This document shows positions 12,653 to 26,056 of a stretch of 64,000 nt of DNA, in pieces (within the stretch, counting starts at the first letter, position 1; each line of letters starts with the position of its first letter). This DNA is from Octopus sinensis (taxonomy: Eukaryota). Position numbers and translations under genes: made by a program. The DNA is taken from contig NC_043000.1 of assembly GCF_006345805.1 (NCBI RefSeq), positions 7,688,001 to 7,752,000 on the forward strand, read 5' to 3'. A model generated the notes under the pieces. The model did not search any database. It had not been told where the DNA came from and worked only from the letters and a program-made list of their open reading frames with translations.

Positions 12653-13871
12653 TAATACATGATTATGATGGCCTCATCTTATCAGATGATATCCATCTCA
12701 CATTCACCCTGATTGTTCTGATTTACTTTCATCCCTGAATGTGAGTGGATATGACTTTTCATGCCACACATCCATTGCCATAGGACTTGAAAAAATACAA
12801 AACAGGTCAAGAAATGAAATGATGAAATGATAGACATCTGTATGCTTTGGATTTAAGTGATGGAAGCTTGAACAGCACTTTTGCCACTCTCTCGGTTGCC
12901 ATGGTAGGTTCCAGTGACAAGCATTACAAGATGACTGATACCGTTGTGACTGCAAGTTTTATGTCAAAGTATCTTTCTCCTAGAAGAGAGCTGTCTTCTT
13001 CATGGCTTTGGTGAAAATAACAGGAGCCTCTTCTACCCTTGGGAAATCAATTTAATCTATAGATGGAAATTTGACAGGTACTACCAGAACAAACCTGGTA
13101 GTAATGGCGATTAAGAGATGACCCTATACCCTCAACAACTCCAGAACCCTTGAACTGAAGCCTCACTGCTGAAGGAAGTTTCATATCATACTCAGGACAC
13201 ACACACACACACACACAGCTCTTGTACAGTTCTCATCCGCTTTTTTCACCCGGAAGCTATCAGTTAGTCTGATGCTTATGGGGGCCATGCAACAGAAGCA
13301 AACCCCAAACCATGTAGTTGCAAAGTTGACTTCTTATCCACAAAGCCATACTTGCACTTGTGTATCTTTTGGTATAGTGGCACATTCAGTATGTAACAGC
13401 TGGAGGGAAAGAGAATTGCACCAGTAATTAGCTGGTGGTGGGGGGAAAACACAGACAGAAAGGCTCACACGCATGCACACAATTTTTGTTCCTTTTTCCA
13501 TTTACCATTTTATATAACGCTGTTCAATATAACAAATACAGATCACTTCATATACCTTTCCTCCACAGAAGAAGTGTTAAGGTTGCATCCTCTGGTAAAG
13601 AAGATTGGCCTGCAAGAATCCTGTGCTAGTGCCATGTAAAAGCGCTCATGTTGGTGGCTTGTTAAAAACACCCGGCACTCACTGCAAAGTGGTTGCTTTT
13701 AGGAAGGGCCTTCAGCTGTAGAAAGCAAGCCAAATCAGACTGGAACCTGGTGCAGCCTCCCAGCTTGCCAGCTCTGGTCAAACTGTTCAACCCATGCCAA
13801 CATGGAAAGCAGACATTAAAGGATGATGACATTAAAGGATATATATATATATACACCCACATATAATAATA

Positions 13872-14160
13872 ATATTAGGGATTATAACTCCAAACTTACA
13901 GAGAAAAATTCAGTTTAGTATTAAATCAAATTTCACAATATAAATATATAATATATAAAACAAAAAGTACAAAAATGAATAAGCAATATACAATAAGTAA
14001 TAAGTAATACTTATATATTTACTTATTATATATTGATTATTCATTTTTGTACTTTTTGTGATCTAGTTATATGTTTTAAAAAATATGTTTTATTTTTTAT
14101 TTATGATTCGGTTTATGTCTGTCATTGTTTGAATTGCATAATAGTGGTTTTTCTCTAATT
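13872..14160. mobile_element. Fold-back element related to hammerhead family C, lacking a recognisable ribozyme
   Basis: Its start resembles 34419-34495 and its end (cataatagtggtttttctctaat) resembles 34735-34757. There is an internal palindrome at about 13960-14058, and it is flanked by (TA)n. Confidence 0.55.
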
Positions 14161-14859
14161 TATATATATATATATATTATATATATATATATATATATGA
14201 TGGTCTTCTTTCAGTTTCCTTCTATCAAATCCACTCATAAGGCTTTGGAAGTCACTTGCCCAAGGTGTCATGGAGTGGGATTGAACCTGGAACCATGTGG
14301 TTGAGAATCAAACTTCTTACAACACATCCACACCTGCACCTATTCATGCATCATACTCTCCCAATCTTCATGTTTGTCTTATAGCTGTTTCCTTTCACAC
14401 TTTACCAATCTTCCTCAAGGGGCTTTCATAAGCATTTATACTTATATGTATGTGTGTATATGTAAAATGTATATATGTGTGTATATGTATGTATAAATGC
14501 TCTTCCTTTCATATCCTCTCAAAGTTAGCAATACTAAAAGTTATTAAAATGTCAATGAATAATAAAATGTTGGAATACACAATGTGGTTGTATTGAATGA
14601 AAAAAGGGGAAATGAGCTGGATTATGTAAACTTTTCTCTACACCTGTATTTACTCACAACAGATACCTTCCAATTGAAACCAAACAAAAGTGAGATTATG
14701 ATTTTCAAAACCTGAAAGACGCATAAAACCACCTCACATTTCAGCTTTGTTTATCTACCTGTGCTGAATGTGAGAAATTTGCATTTTATAGTGTTTTTGA
14801 TATATTTTTTATTATTGTGTTTTTAGAGGAGATAACTTAGTATTTTTCAACTGTGATTT

Positions 14860-15200
14860 GGTATGTGTGTGTGTGAATGTATGCATTTATATGTGTGCGT
14901 GTGTGTGTGTGTATGCATGTATATATATATGTGTGTATATATATATGTGTGAGTATATGTGTTTATGTGTGGGTGTATATATATTGTGTATGTGTATATG
15001 TATGTGTGTTTATATATACATGTATGTGTATATATATATGTATATGTGTGTGCATAAGTGCGTGTGTGTGTGTGTGTGCATATATATGTGTGTATATGTA
15101 TGTATAAATGAATATGTATGTGTAAATGTATATATATGTGTGTATATGTATGTATAAATGTATATGCAAACATGTATGTATATACTATATATGTATGTGT
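14860..15200. repeat. Degenerate (TG)/(TA) microsatellite
   Basis: Directly visible; source of several spurious ORFs. Confidence 0.95.
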
Positions 15201-15681
15201 GAGGTTGATATATACAAATCCATAACAAATAAAACAGCATCCCAAAGATTGGCCCTTCTTTTCAAATCCAAAAGCTGCTTGAAAAAGTACCTGCAAACAA
15301 TTATTATATGTCTACAAAACTCTGATGAGATTTGCAATGGAATATTCTTGCGACATCTGGGACTGCGCTACTGCTGTACACATAAACATCTTCATCTTAG
15401 TGAGGGTTAGTGACAGGAAAGGCATCCAGCTGATGAAAATTTGCTTCAACGAATTCCATCCAACCCAGGCAAGCATGGAAAAGTGAATATTAAAGCAATG
15501 ATATATATATTTGTATGAATGAGAAAAGATGTATGTATATTTCTATAATTAAATACACCACAGAACTTTTACTGTAAACCATCAACATAGAATTACCAGA
15601 CAGGAGACATAATTTGTGTGTGTTTCTATGTGTGTATGCACTTGCACACATATACATTAATATTGGAACGAATAATCACAG

Positions 15682-17665
15682 CAGGTGTCAGATTTCATCG
15701 AAATGATAGTTTAGTATGTTGCTTTCAATTCTCACTGCTTAGAATACTAAATACTATGTTGATGCCTTAGTAGCTAATGTAATGGACAGAAATAAGCTAC
15801 ATTCATATTTATACATGATGGCTTGGTTGTATTTTATTCTTGTTTAATTCTTTTGGTGCTTATTTACCTTCTTAATTTTTCACCTAAATGTTACATGTCT
15901 TCAATTCCTTGTTAAACAGTGTATATTCTCAATTTGCTATTAAGCATTAAACATCCCCAATTCACATTAAATATTACATACCTTCAATTTCCCATTAAAT
16001 ATTACATATCTTTAATTCCTTATTACATAATACATACCATTAATTCCCCACTAAAAATGAAACATCCTCAATTCACATTAAATATTACATACCGTTAATT
16101 CCCCATTAGATATTACATCATCATCATCATCATCATTTTACATTTGTTTTCCATGCTAGCATGGGTTGGACGATTTGACTGAGGTCTGGCGAACCAGATG
16201 GCTGCACCAGGCTCCAATCTGATCTGTCAGAGTTCCTACAGCTGGATGCCCTTCCTAATGCCAATCACTCCAAGAGTGTAGTGGGTGCTCTTACGTGCCA
16301 CCAGCACGACGGCCAGTCAGGCAGTATTTCATATCCTCAATTCCACATTGAACATTACATATCTTCAATTCCCCATTAAACACTCCAAAACTAAAATACA
16401 ATCAAGTTATCAACAGTATAGTAAGGTTTCATGTATAAATATGAATGTAGCTCATTTCTGTCCATTACATTAGCTACTAAAAGCATCAACTTAGTATTTA
16501 GTATTCTAAGCAGTGGGAATTCAATGGAAGGTATTTATACTGATACTATAATGGGTTCAGCTTTTCAGACTTACCTGATCTGCTTCCTCCTCTATTCAAG
16601 CATACTTGACTCATTCATCTATTCCTCTTTCATCATCCATATTGTGTTGATTCTTCCTGGCTTCACATTAGAACTATGCTCAATCCTTTTATCCTCAGAA
16701 TGTGTCCCCTCTGAAATTCCGTCCCTGATCATGATTTTACTGCTGTCATAGACTTTGACTTACATCAGTTAATGACATCAATTTTACTAGTTTCTTAGGC
16801 CTGCAAAGGCTGAGGGCATTGCTTCTTCTTCCTGAGCTGAAAAAAAATTACATGAATGATTTGAACCTGAGCATAAAGGATTGAAGATATGAAATATTTT
16901 ATAAGGAACTGAGGGTACGCAATATTTAACAAGGAACTGAGGGTACGCAATATTTAACAAGGAAACTGAAGGTATCATTATGATCGTTTAATGTTCGCCA
17001 TCCATGCTGGTATTATTTAATGAAGACTTGAGGGTGTTTAACTGAGAATTGAAGGTATGTGCTGTTTAATTGGGAATTGAGGGTTTGTGCTGTTGAATGG
17101 GGAATTGAGGATATGTGCTGTTTAATGGGGAATTGAGGGTATGTGCTGTTTAATGGGGAATTGAGGGCATGTGCTGTTTAATGGGGAATTGAGGGTATGT
17201 GATGTTTAATGGGGAATTGAGGGTATGTGCTGTTTAATGGGGAATTGAGAGTAGGTAATGTGTAATGGGAAATTGAATGTATGTCATATTTAATGTGAAT
17301 TGAAGGTGTTTAATTTTTATTGGGGAATTAATGGTATGTAGCATGTTATGGGAAATTGAAGGTATGTAATATTTAATGTGAATTGGGAATGGAGGATTGA
17401 GAACACACACTGTTTAACAAGGAATTGAAGATGTGTAATATTTAATGAACATTAAGTATCTGACAGGTGTAAAATTAAGAAGGTAAACAAGCACAAAAAA
17501 ATGAAACAAAAACTAAAACACAACCAAGTTATCAATACTATAGTAAGGTTTCATGTATAAATATGAATGTAGCTACTAAGGCATCAACATAGTATTTAGT
17601 ATTCTAAGCAGAGTGAATTGAATGCAAGGTATTAAACGATCATTTTGATGAAATGTGATACCTGC
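15682..17665. mobile_element. Foldback-like composite with long inverted repeats and an internal 28-bp minisatellite
   Basis: About 15682-16115 is inverted relative to about 17240-17665. 16385-16545 is a direct copy of 17510-17635. GGGGAATTGAGGGTATGTGCTGTTTAAT occurs in tandem at 17045-17390 and as its complement at 15950-16115. Confidence 0.7.
16118..16325 (-). mobile_element. RTE-associated 3' UTR fragment with (GAT)n tail
   Basis: Conserved ttaggaagggcatccagctgtag..ccaacccatgctagcatggaaa..(gat)n. The same tail follows RTE coding ends at 24120-24600. Confidence 0.7.
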
Positions 17666-18159
17666 AGTTTTAAGGTATACATGTGCAAGTGCATACATGC
17701 ATGCACACAAACACCAATTATGTCTTTTATCTGATAGTTCTGTGTTGATGGTTTACCGTAAAAGTTCTGCGGTATGTTTAATTGTATAAATATATGCAAC
17801 TTTTCCCATTCATACAAGTGTACATCATTATTTTAACGTCTACTTTTCCATGTTTACATGGGTTGGATGGAATTTGTTGAAACAGATTTTTTTCAGCTGG
17901 ATGAAAATCATCCTGTTTTGAAGCAAGGTCCTATTTCCTCATAATCATACATGTTTTCATGCAAGTTTGGTAAAGAAGGACACTGCTTCCATATCTGCCA
18001 AATCTACTCACAAGGCTTTGGTTTATAGTAGAAGACACTTGCCTGAGGTACCATGCTGTGGGACTGAAAGCGAAACCATGTAGTTAGGAAGTAAATTTCT
18101 TACCACCAAGTGACACCTATGCATATATATATCTTTAACTTCCAAAAGGTTTACATAGT

Positions 18160-18560
18160 CGCAGGAGTTGCTGTGTGGCAAGTAGCTATAGGCACAGGAG
18201 TGGCTGTGTGTAAGTAACTTGCTTACCAACCACATGGTTCTGGGTTCATTCCCACTGCGTGGTACCTTGGGCAAGTGTCTTCTACTATAGCCTCAGGCCG
18301 ACCAAAACCTTGTGAGTGGATTTGGTAGATGGAAACTGAAAGAAGCCTGTCGTATATATGTATGTGTGTATATGTTTGTGTGTGTCTGTGTTTGTCCCCC
18401 TACCATTGCTTGACAACCAATGGTGGTGTGCTTATATCCCCATAACTTAGAGGTTCAGCAAAAGAGGCTTACAAAGAATAAGTCCTGGGGTCGATTTGCT
18501 CGACTAAAGGTGGTGCTCCAGCATGGCCGCAGTCAAATGACTGAAACAAGTAAAAGAGAG
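18160..18560 (+). mobile_element. SINE family 1 (duplicated head), preceded by an inverted partial copy at 17990-18120
   Basis: Matches 8267-8680. Confidence 0.88.
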
Positions 18561-18655
18561 AGAGATAGAGAGAGTAAAAAGAGTATAGTAAAAATATCAG
18601 CTGCTGAATCTCATGACTGCAATATTGAATCAGTATAACTTTTAAGTGCTGTCAG

Positions 18656-18755
18656 GGTTTATCATATTTCAACGTAACCGGAAGTCAGTATTTGCAATAT
18701 ACCAAGAAGGCTTGTCATGGTTGCATGGCAATTAGAATTGTTATTCCTGAACTCT
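18656..18755 (+). CDS. Weak candidate exon (GLSYFNVTGSQYLQYTKKACHGCMAIRIVIPEL)
   Basis: Single open frame, phase 0 start (fits after 6613) and good donor CT|gtgagt, but the acceptor is poor. Confidence 0.25.
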
Positions 18756-20467
18756 GTGAGTAAATGCCATTCATCAAGTCTGAGTAATGATTTGATATGA
18801 AAATTTACATCTACAGGTTGTGGTTATCTAATTAGAAAGTCTATTTGTAGAAAAATAGTTCTGCAAAAATGTATTTTGATGCTTCATAACCTGGTTTTCT
18901 TGCTTATATGAAATCCCCTTCATTATCTATGATTAGTCTTAAGTTATAGCCTTAAGTTGCATCACCTTTGTGAAATCTCAATACTGAGAAGTAACAATCT
19001 TTGTGTCAATCAATGAATGTGATTAGTGCTGTACCTGGAGAGATATGTTGCTGTTGGTTCATAATTTCAATTAATTAGACCAAGAACAGAAGAGTTCAGT
19101 GCTTTGTTTAATACCATACTGAAGCGTAAGCCAATTGGTATGAATTGTTGAACATAAGTTTTCAGTGGCTGAGTATGAAAAATATTAATCAAAATACTTG
19201 TCTTTCAAAACCTTTCTTTTGTTCATATTCATCTGTTGGAGAATGATATCCTTATGCTTTTACAATATTCGCATATTTTAGACATCTAAATTAGCATATT
19301 AGAAACAACCAAATTATGCATGTGGTTATTTGATTGGAAACTGCTGCTGCCTATAGTTGCTTATGGAGTAAGAAAGAAGGAGAGATTGAGAAAGAGAGAG
19401 AGAGAGAAAGAGAAAGAGAGAGAGAGAGTGACTACTATAAGATGAGAGAGAGAGAGTGACTACTATAAGATGAGAGAGAGAGAGGGTGACTACTATGAGA
19501 TGAGAGAGAGAGGATAAATGTTTTTATTAAAAGGAGAAAACCATTTCTAGGTTTTTTGTTTTTCTTTTCTGTTAAGAAATCTTTTGCTATGAGTGAAAAG
19601 AAGGAAAAAGCATCTTATATTTCCCTATTTATATGCTTCCACTCTGTTCACCTCTCACTGCATTTCCCTTTATCCTCATTTCTGTCCATCTGTTACTCAA
19701 CTTTCAGACTCCCATGAACTTACTTACACACCTGTGACACTTCTCTTACACTCACCTTCCTGTGACTTGAGGGTGCACTCTGACACTTCTTCACCATCAT
19801 ATTTGCTTTTCTTTTTTGCAGCTAGGGTAACCATATATCTCATGACATCAAGACACTTTTTCCTGTCCCTCTGTTATTCTTTAAACTCGCATCACCTGGC
19901 ATTAAGCCATCTCTCTTTCAATACTACTCCCCCATCAATTCATGATGTTTAATGAGAGGTGACATCACTAGTATTGATGCCATGTAAAAAGCACCCAGTA
20001 CACTCTGTAAAGTGGTTGGCATCAGAGAAGGCATCCAGACTGGTAACTGTGTTAAAGCAGATAATATAGTTTTCTGGCTCACCAGCTCCTGTTAAGCCGT
20101 CCAACCCATGCCTGCATGGAAAATAGACATTAAATGATTGTGATGATGATAAACACTCCTAGAGTTCAAAGCAGTTTCTAACATTTGAAGAAATTTATAA
20201 ATAATGGTATAACATACTGCAGGATTCTGGAATGCATTTTAAAATGTCAAATATAATAAAGGAAAAGAAGGAAGCTGTATAAAAACAAAGAAAAAAAAAT
20301 GCTGTTAAAATAAATATCTGTTTTGAAAATCATGCATTCTGTCTAGTTTCTGTTCAGTGAAGATGAAACACAGACATTATTCAAATACACAGTTTTCAAA
20401 TATACTAAACAATTGGAGTATTTTCAGCAAAATGACTATGACAAATTTACGAGAGACTATATGTTTA

Positions 20468-20728
20468 GGAGTGGAGACACATGGCCTAGTGGTTAGAGCA
20501 GCAGACTCGCAGTCGAGGGATTGCGGGTTCGAATCTCAGACTGGGCGATGTGTTTGTTTATGAGCAGAACACCTAAGCTCCATGCAGCTCCAGAAGAAGG
20601 TAATGGTGAACTTCTGCTGACTCTTTCGCCACAACTTTTTCTCATTCTTTCCTCCTGCACCTTGCAGCTCACCTGCGATGGACCGGTGTCCCATCCTGGT
20701 GGGGAACGTATACACCAAGGAAACCAGC
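20468..20728 (+). mobile_element. tRNA(Arg)-like SINE group 2
   Basis: Head tggcctagtggttagagcagcagactcgcag..gggttcgaatc; shares its head with 29393 and 50542. Confidence 0.8.
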
Positions 20729-20799
20729 TCTATCCATCTGTTACTCAACTTTTAGACTCCCCTGAACTTACTTACCCATCCATGTTATAGTGAAAATCA

Positions 20800-21087
20800 T
20801 AAGTCTTGTGAAATATAGCTATCCAGGGTGTCCTGGCCAAAACATTAATTTATTTTGACGTTTTCCAAGCTGAGAACAAGACCATTTGTTAGTTGTTTTA
20901 AGCTAATGACGTTTAAACAAGGAATGCTCTTAAGGAAGGCAGAGTTCTTTCTGTTTCCTTCCTTATGAGCATTCCTTGTTCAAACATCATCCTCTTATAA
21001 AGCGGTCTGGTTCTCAGCTTGAAAAATGGCAAAATAAATTAATGTTTCTGTCAGGAAACCCTAGGTAGCTGTATTTCACAAGACTTG
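20800..21087. repeat. Near-perfect palindrome (about 140-bp arms)
   Basis: aagtcttgtgaaata...aaggaagg mirrors ccttcctt...tatttcacaagactt, centred at about 20945. Confidence 0.85.
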
Positions 21088-21252
21088 TGGTTTTCGTTAT
21101 ATTATTATCTTTACTCTGTTCACTGTGCAAGAACTATACTACTTGTTGAAGCCTTACCACACATGCACACATACACATGTGTGTGCATGACTGAATTTTT
21201 CCTTTATGGTATCACACTGCCCCTGGCTGTTTATATTAAGTTATATATATAT

Positions 21253-21526
21253 GGAGAGAAGATTTTTTTCTCAAAGAGTTAAGATTGAGAAAAGAACCTT
21301 TTTAGAAAGTCGAAAGGCACGAACCTTTGGGAAGAGATAACACAAAATGCATGTGGCTTTTGCTTTTAATACTTGCTTGAAAACATTAAGAACTGAAAAC
21401 GCTTGCACATCTATAAAAGCAAAAGCCAAACACATTTTGTGAAATCTCTTCCCAAAGGTTCGTGCCTTTCGACTTTCTAAAAATGGTTCTTTCTCAATCT
21501 TAACTCTTTGAGAAAAAATCTCTCCA
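21253..21526. repeat. Fold-back repeat (about 115-bp arms, 45-bp spacer with a possible decayed hammerhead)
   Basis: Arms 21253-21368 and 21414-21526. The spacer reads tgcttgaaaacattaagaactgaaaacgcttgca. Confidence 0.8.
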
Positions 21527-21788
21527 AATATAAGTGTATCAAGGAATTCCCAAATACTCCACATTATATATGTTGTGTGTGTGTGTATTAAATAAGTATA
21601 TATATAATATATAATATATAATATATATAGGTATATATATCTCTGTGTGTGTGTGTATGTATGTATGTATATATAATATATATATATATGGAGGTTATGA
21701 GAGGTAGTGGTTTAGTGAGACCCAAAGGTGTCACGTAATGCTGATAAAGTGCTATGGAAAGACCATAGTTAACCATCTTCTCACACCA

Positions 21789-21834
21789 TCTCCAATGAAG
21801 AGATATAATAAATATACTAGAAACAGCTGTAAGA
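21789..21834 (+). ncRNA. Degenerate type I hammerhead motif
   Basis: tct CCAATGA A gagatata ataaa tatacta GAAA CAGCTG TA aga. The palindromic stem III (ACAGCTGT) and GUA site are retained, but the core is mutated. Confidence 0.5.
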
Positions 21835-21947
21835 CCTATCTATAAATGTTCTATCTACACAGCCTTTGTTTTTTTTATTTCGTTATGGAAATAAATTATA
21901 TATTATATATATATATTAAAAAAGGAGATGTGGAACACGAGTTGTGA

Positions 21948-22280
21948 TATATAAAAAAGGAAATGAGAAAATGCTGACAAAATAATTTAAGTAAGGGGAG
22001 TGTATTTAATTAGGTTGAAAGTTCTTTTTACGGTTGCGCATTTGTTATGCTTATCAAAAGATATTTTGAGTGAGATAAAGTTCTTTCTGATAGATTTTTT
22101 CTCTTATCTGGATAAGAGAAAAAAATCTATCAGAAAGGAACTCTATCTCTCTTAAAAAAATATCTTTTGATAAGCATAACAAATGCGCAACCGGTAAAAA
22201 GAACTTTCACCTAATTAAATACACTCTCCCTTACTTAAATTATTTTGTCAGCATTTTCTTCATTTCCTTTTTTTTTATAT
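21948..22280. mobile_element. Fold-back element, hammerhead family B (about 165-bp arms, no spacer)
   Basis: Palindrome centred at about 22110. The right arm has ttt TTGATAA GCAT aacaa ATGC GCAA CCGG TA aaa (22164-22199), a decayed hammerhead with stem II and the ACCGGT stem III preserved; it is mirrored at 22027-22062. Confidence 0.7.
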
Positions 22281-22520
22281 ATATATGTATTGATGTATGT
22301 ATGTATGATGGATTTCTGCAGTAATCTACCAAAGGTTGTGGTAAAAGATATTTTCAAATGTGTCCACACACTAGGATTGAACCCAGAACCAAGATATTGT
22401 GAAGCAAGCTTCTTAACTATATATCCATGTCTGCACCCATGTTTGAAAGCTAAGCATTTCTGGAGAAAAGCATATTCTTTTGGCGAATACATATATATGT
22501 ATATAATACATATATACATT

Positions 22521-22604
<84 letters not shown>

Positions 22605-23104
22605 CATATACATATACATACACACACATAATATATATATATATATATATATAATATATATATATATATATGTATATACAGCTGCTATTAAATTATATTA
22701 TTGTTGAATGAGTAACATTCTGTTTTCTAAAAATAAAACCAAAAAACTGAAAAAATCTCATCTTGCAGTTTAAATTAAAATTGTTCTTGATTTCAGAGTT
22801 TCTTGTCTCGTCATTCATTAACTTGTTCTGCGGCAGTATAGAAATATCTGGTGATTAGATTATAAGAAAGTCTAATTTGTGTCCAAGGCTATGTAATATA
22901 TCATTTTGAGTCAATTCAACTGTATGTTTCTTTAGTGATCATTTTCACTCTGCACAGATATTTATGTAGACAATAAACACAAGATTCTGAACAGAGGTAG
23001 ATCAAATGATTATATCGTTATTTTTGGCTTTAAAATAATGTGCATCAGTGGCTGTCTCCACATCACGTTCTATCAAGATGTATCTCATATATATGAGAAA
23101 TATG

Positions 23105-23136
<32 letters not shown>

Positions 23137-23138
23137 GT

Positions 23139-23267
<129 letters not shown>

Positions 23268-23499
23268 TTATATAGGAGGAAAGTAAGAAAAATAAACGGA
23301 AATGCACATTGTAAATAAAAAAAAAGTAAATGCTTTTTATGAAAAGTAACGAAAGATATATACAATTAGATGAACTGAGGTGGGAATACAAGTAATAAAA
23401 GTCATTATTGTGAATTGTTAAAGAGATTCAAGCATACTGGTGGTTTCGTAAGTTACTAGTCATTGCTTTGAATAATGCTTAACAACATTAATAGCAACA

Positions 23500-23782
23500 T
23501 AGAGGGATGTCATCGCAGAGTATACACACAGCAAGTTTAGATGGGCTGGACACATCACCCGGCTCACTGATAATCGGTGGACCCATGCAGATGTCGAGTG
23601 GTACCTGCGCAAGTGAAACGACCACCCAGAAGGCCTCCACGATGGTGGAGTTACGATTTCAGGAGAACGATTGGGATCACGTGGATGAGAAAGGTGCGAT
23701 CCAGAGAGGAGTGGACAGCGTGCTGTGACCAGCGGTGTCAAATGGATGCCTGACGGACTGGTCGGTCAAGGTGATCAAGGTG
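23500..23782 (+). mobile_element. RTE-clade LINE 3' remnant
   Basis: One frame gives KFRWAGHITRLTDNRWTH..EW, a typical RTE C-terminus; short tandem tail caaggtgatcaaggtgat. Confidence 0.7.
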
Positions 23783-24119
23783 ATATATATGATATAAAAT
23801 GAGTAAATATTCAAATGAATATTCATAAAGATATTATTATTATTATCATTATTATTATTATTATTATCAGCGGTAAATCTAAACAATTGATAATAACAAC
23901 AACAATAATATTAATCACAGCAAGCAATATTAGCATTAAATAGCAATACAATAAATTCATAATTATAATAGAGGTTACATGAAGCACCAGCTTGCTAGAA
24001 AGGAGAGTCAAAATCCTCAACTTATTTACCAATCTCACTGAAAATGCATGATGTGTGTGTGTTTGTGTGTTTGTTTGTTTGTGTGTGTGTGTGTGTGTTG
24101 TGTTTGTGTGTGTGTTGTG

Positions 24120-24600
24120 TGTGAAGTAGATGGAACATGTGGAAGTGGAAGACCTAGGTAGACAAGGGATGAAGTACTGAAGAATGACCTGAGGTTGCTG
24201 AACCTTTCAGGTGAGATAACAAAGGACCAAGATGCTCGGTGCCTTGCTGTATTTAAGAAACCCTTGTCTTCTGCAGCAGAAGTGTTGAGACGGGTCCCTC
24301 TGGTGCTGTAAAGCACTCATGGTGGTGCCACGTATAAAAGTGCCTGTGCTGTGCCATGTAAAAGCACCCATGCAATGCCATGTAAAAGTGCCCCTGTGCA
24401 GTGTCGAATAATGGTGCCCATGAGTGCCACATAAAAGCTACCATGTGGTGCCACATAAAATCACTCATGCAGTAAAGTGGTTGGTGTTAGGAAGGGCATC
24501 CAGCCGTAGATACCATGTCAAATCAGACTGGTCAAACTGTCCAACCTATGCCAGCATGGACAATGGATATCAAATGTTGCTGCTGCTGCTGCTGATGATG
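24120..24600 (+). mobile_element. RTE-like LINE 3' end with (GAT)n tail
   Basis: VDGTCGSGRPR*TRDEVLKNDLRLLNL..KDQD is a decayed GRPRKTW..V..DL motif, followed by the shared 3' UTR. Confidence 0.7.
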
Positions 24601-24802
24601 ATATATATATAAATAATTAAATTTAAAAAAAAACACTTTTTATCAATTCAGTAATGAAAAATTAAATTATACCATTTAGAAAAATAACTTATATATAGAA
24701 AGATTAAATATAAGATAAAAACATATAACAAATGTTAAGTAATGTTAAAAAATAAATAAAATTTATATATTTAAGTTTGGAATAATATTCCCTCACATTA
24801 TT

Positions 24803-24861
<59 letters not shown>

Positions 24862-25255
24862 CTAGCAGTATCGCCCGGCGTTGCTCGGGTTTGTAAGGGA
24901 AATAACTATATAAGCATTTTTAGAGATGTAAAGTATAATAGCTATCTCAATATGGCTAACCACAAAGGGGGGGGGTGTTACTGTAGCTTTTTACGTTCTG
25001 AGATTTAATAATACATTTTTAGAGAGTTACTTCCCTTATATAATAGCAAAAAAATGCATTAAAAATGGGAAAAAATGATGGTAAATCTTTTTTTAAATCG
25101 TAGACTAATCGTAGATGTTCGCTAATACCCAGAAGGGCTCGATATGAATCACGACTATAAGATACCCGGTTTTGGTTAAACTGCACCGCAAAATGTGGGA
25201 GTAAGGAATCTAAATCGTAGGAGACAGACACACAACTTCACTTTTATATATAAAG

Positions 25256-25256
<1 letters not shown>
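24862..25256 (-). mobile_element. Non-autonomous Helitron
   Basis: On the minus strand: 5' A|TC start, 3' hairpin cccgagcaacgccggg, then CTAG|T. No TSD; inserted next to (TA)n. Confidence 0.85.
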
Positions 25257-25293
<37 letters not shown>

Positions 25294-25819
25294 AGTATAT
25301 ATTTATTTACAGCTGCTGTCAGATTATCTTATTCTTGAATGATCAACATTTTGTTTTCCAAAAACCAAACCAAAGAACAAAATAATCTCATCTTACATTT
25401 TAATTTAAAACATTTATTGCTTTCAGAATTGTCTCATGCCTCATGCCTTTTTCATTCTTCTTTTGCACATGAACCTTTTGTTGAGCCTGGGGCTATAGAT
25501 ACTTAGGTACTTGGCCCAGGCTGTGACTAACTTAATAGCACCACCTGGGGAAGACAATTATGTTTCATACTACAGTCATTTTTTAGGCATCATAACCCAT
25601 AAAATATAGGAGAAAACACTTACCCAGGGTGCGACACTGTCAGGTTGAACTTGAGACCATATGACTTAGAAGCAAACTTCTTAACTCCACAGCCACACCT
25701 GAGAATAATGTTCTGAGTATGACATTATGCTGCATCCGATGATGAGGCTTTAGTTTGGGAGCTCTGGAGTTGTGGGGAGCGTGAAATCTCCCCTTAATTA
25801 CCATTACTCCCAGGTCCAT

Positions 25820-26056
25820 TCTTATTTCTTTATTGCCCACAAGGGAACTAAACACAGAGGAGACAAACAAGGACAGACAAAGGGATTAAGTCGATTACAT
25901 CAACCCCAGTGCGTAACTGGTACTTAATTTATCGACCCCGAAAGGATGAAAGGCAAAGTCGACCTCGGTGGAATTTGAACCCAGAATGTAACAGCAGACG
26001 AAATTACACTAAGCATTTCACCCAGCGTGCTAACGTTTCTGCCAGCTCACCACCTT
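25820..26056 (-). mobile_element. SINE family 3 (Meta-domain-like core)
   Basis: Core gcctttcatcctttcggggtcgataaattaagtacc on the minus strand; copies at 38510-38830, 38900-39100, 39700-39900 and 42890-43100. Confidence 0.8.

Noticed and set aside
14847-15410. Clusters of YIYI/CVCV/HTHT ORFs (also near 11770, 22235, 23002, 41860, 43786)
   Set aside because: Translations of (TA)n, (TG)n and (CA)n microsatellites.
17045-17390. 28-bp repeats resembling a CRISPR array
   Set aside because: Contiguous tandem units with no unique spacers, eukaryotic context and no cas genes.
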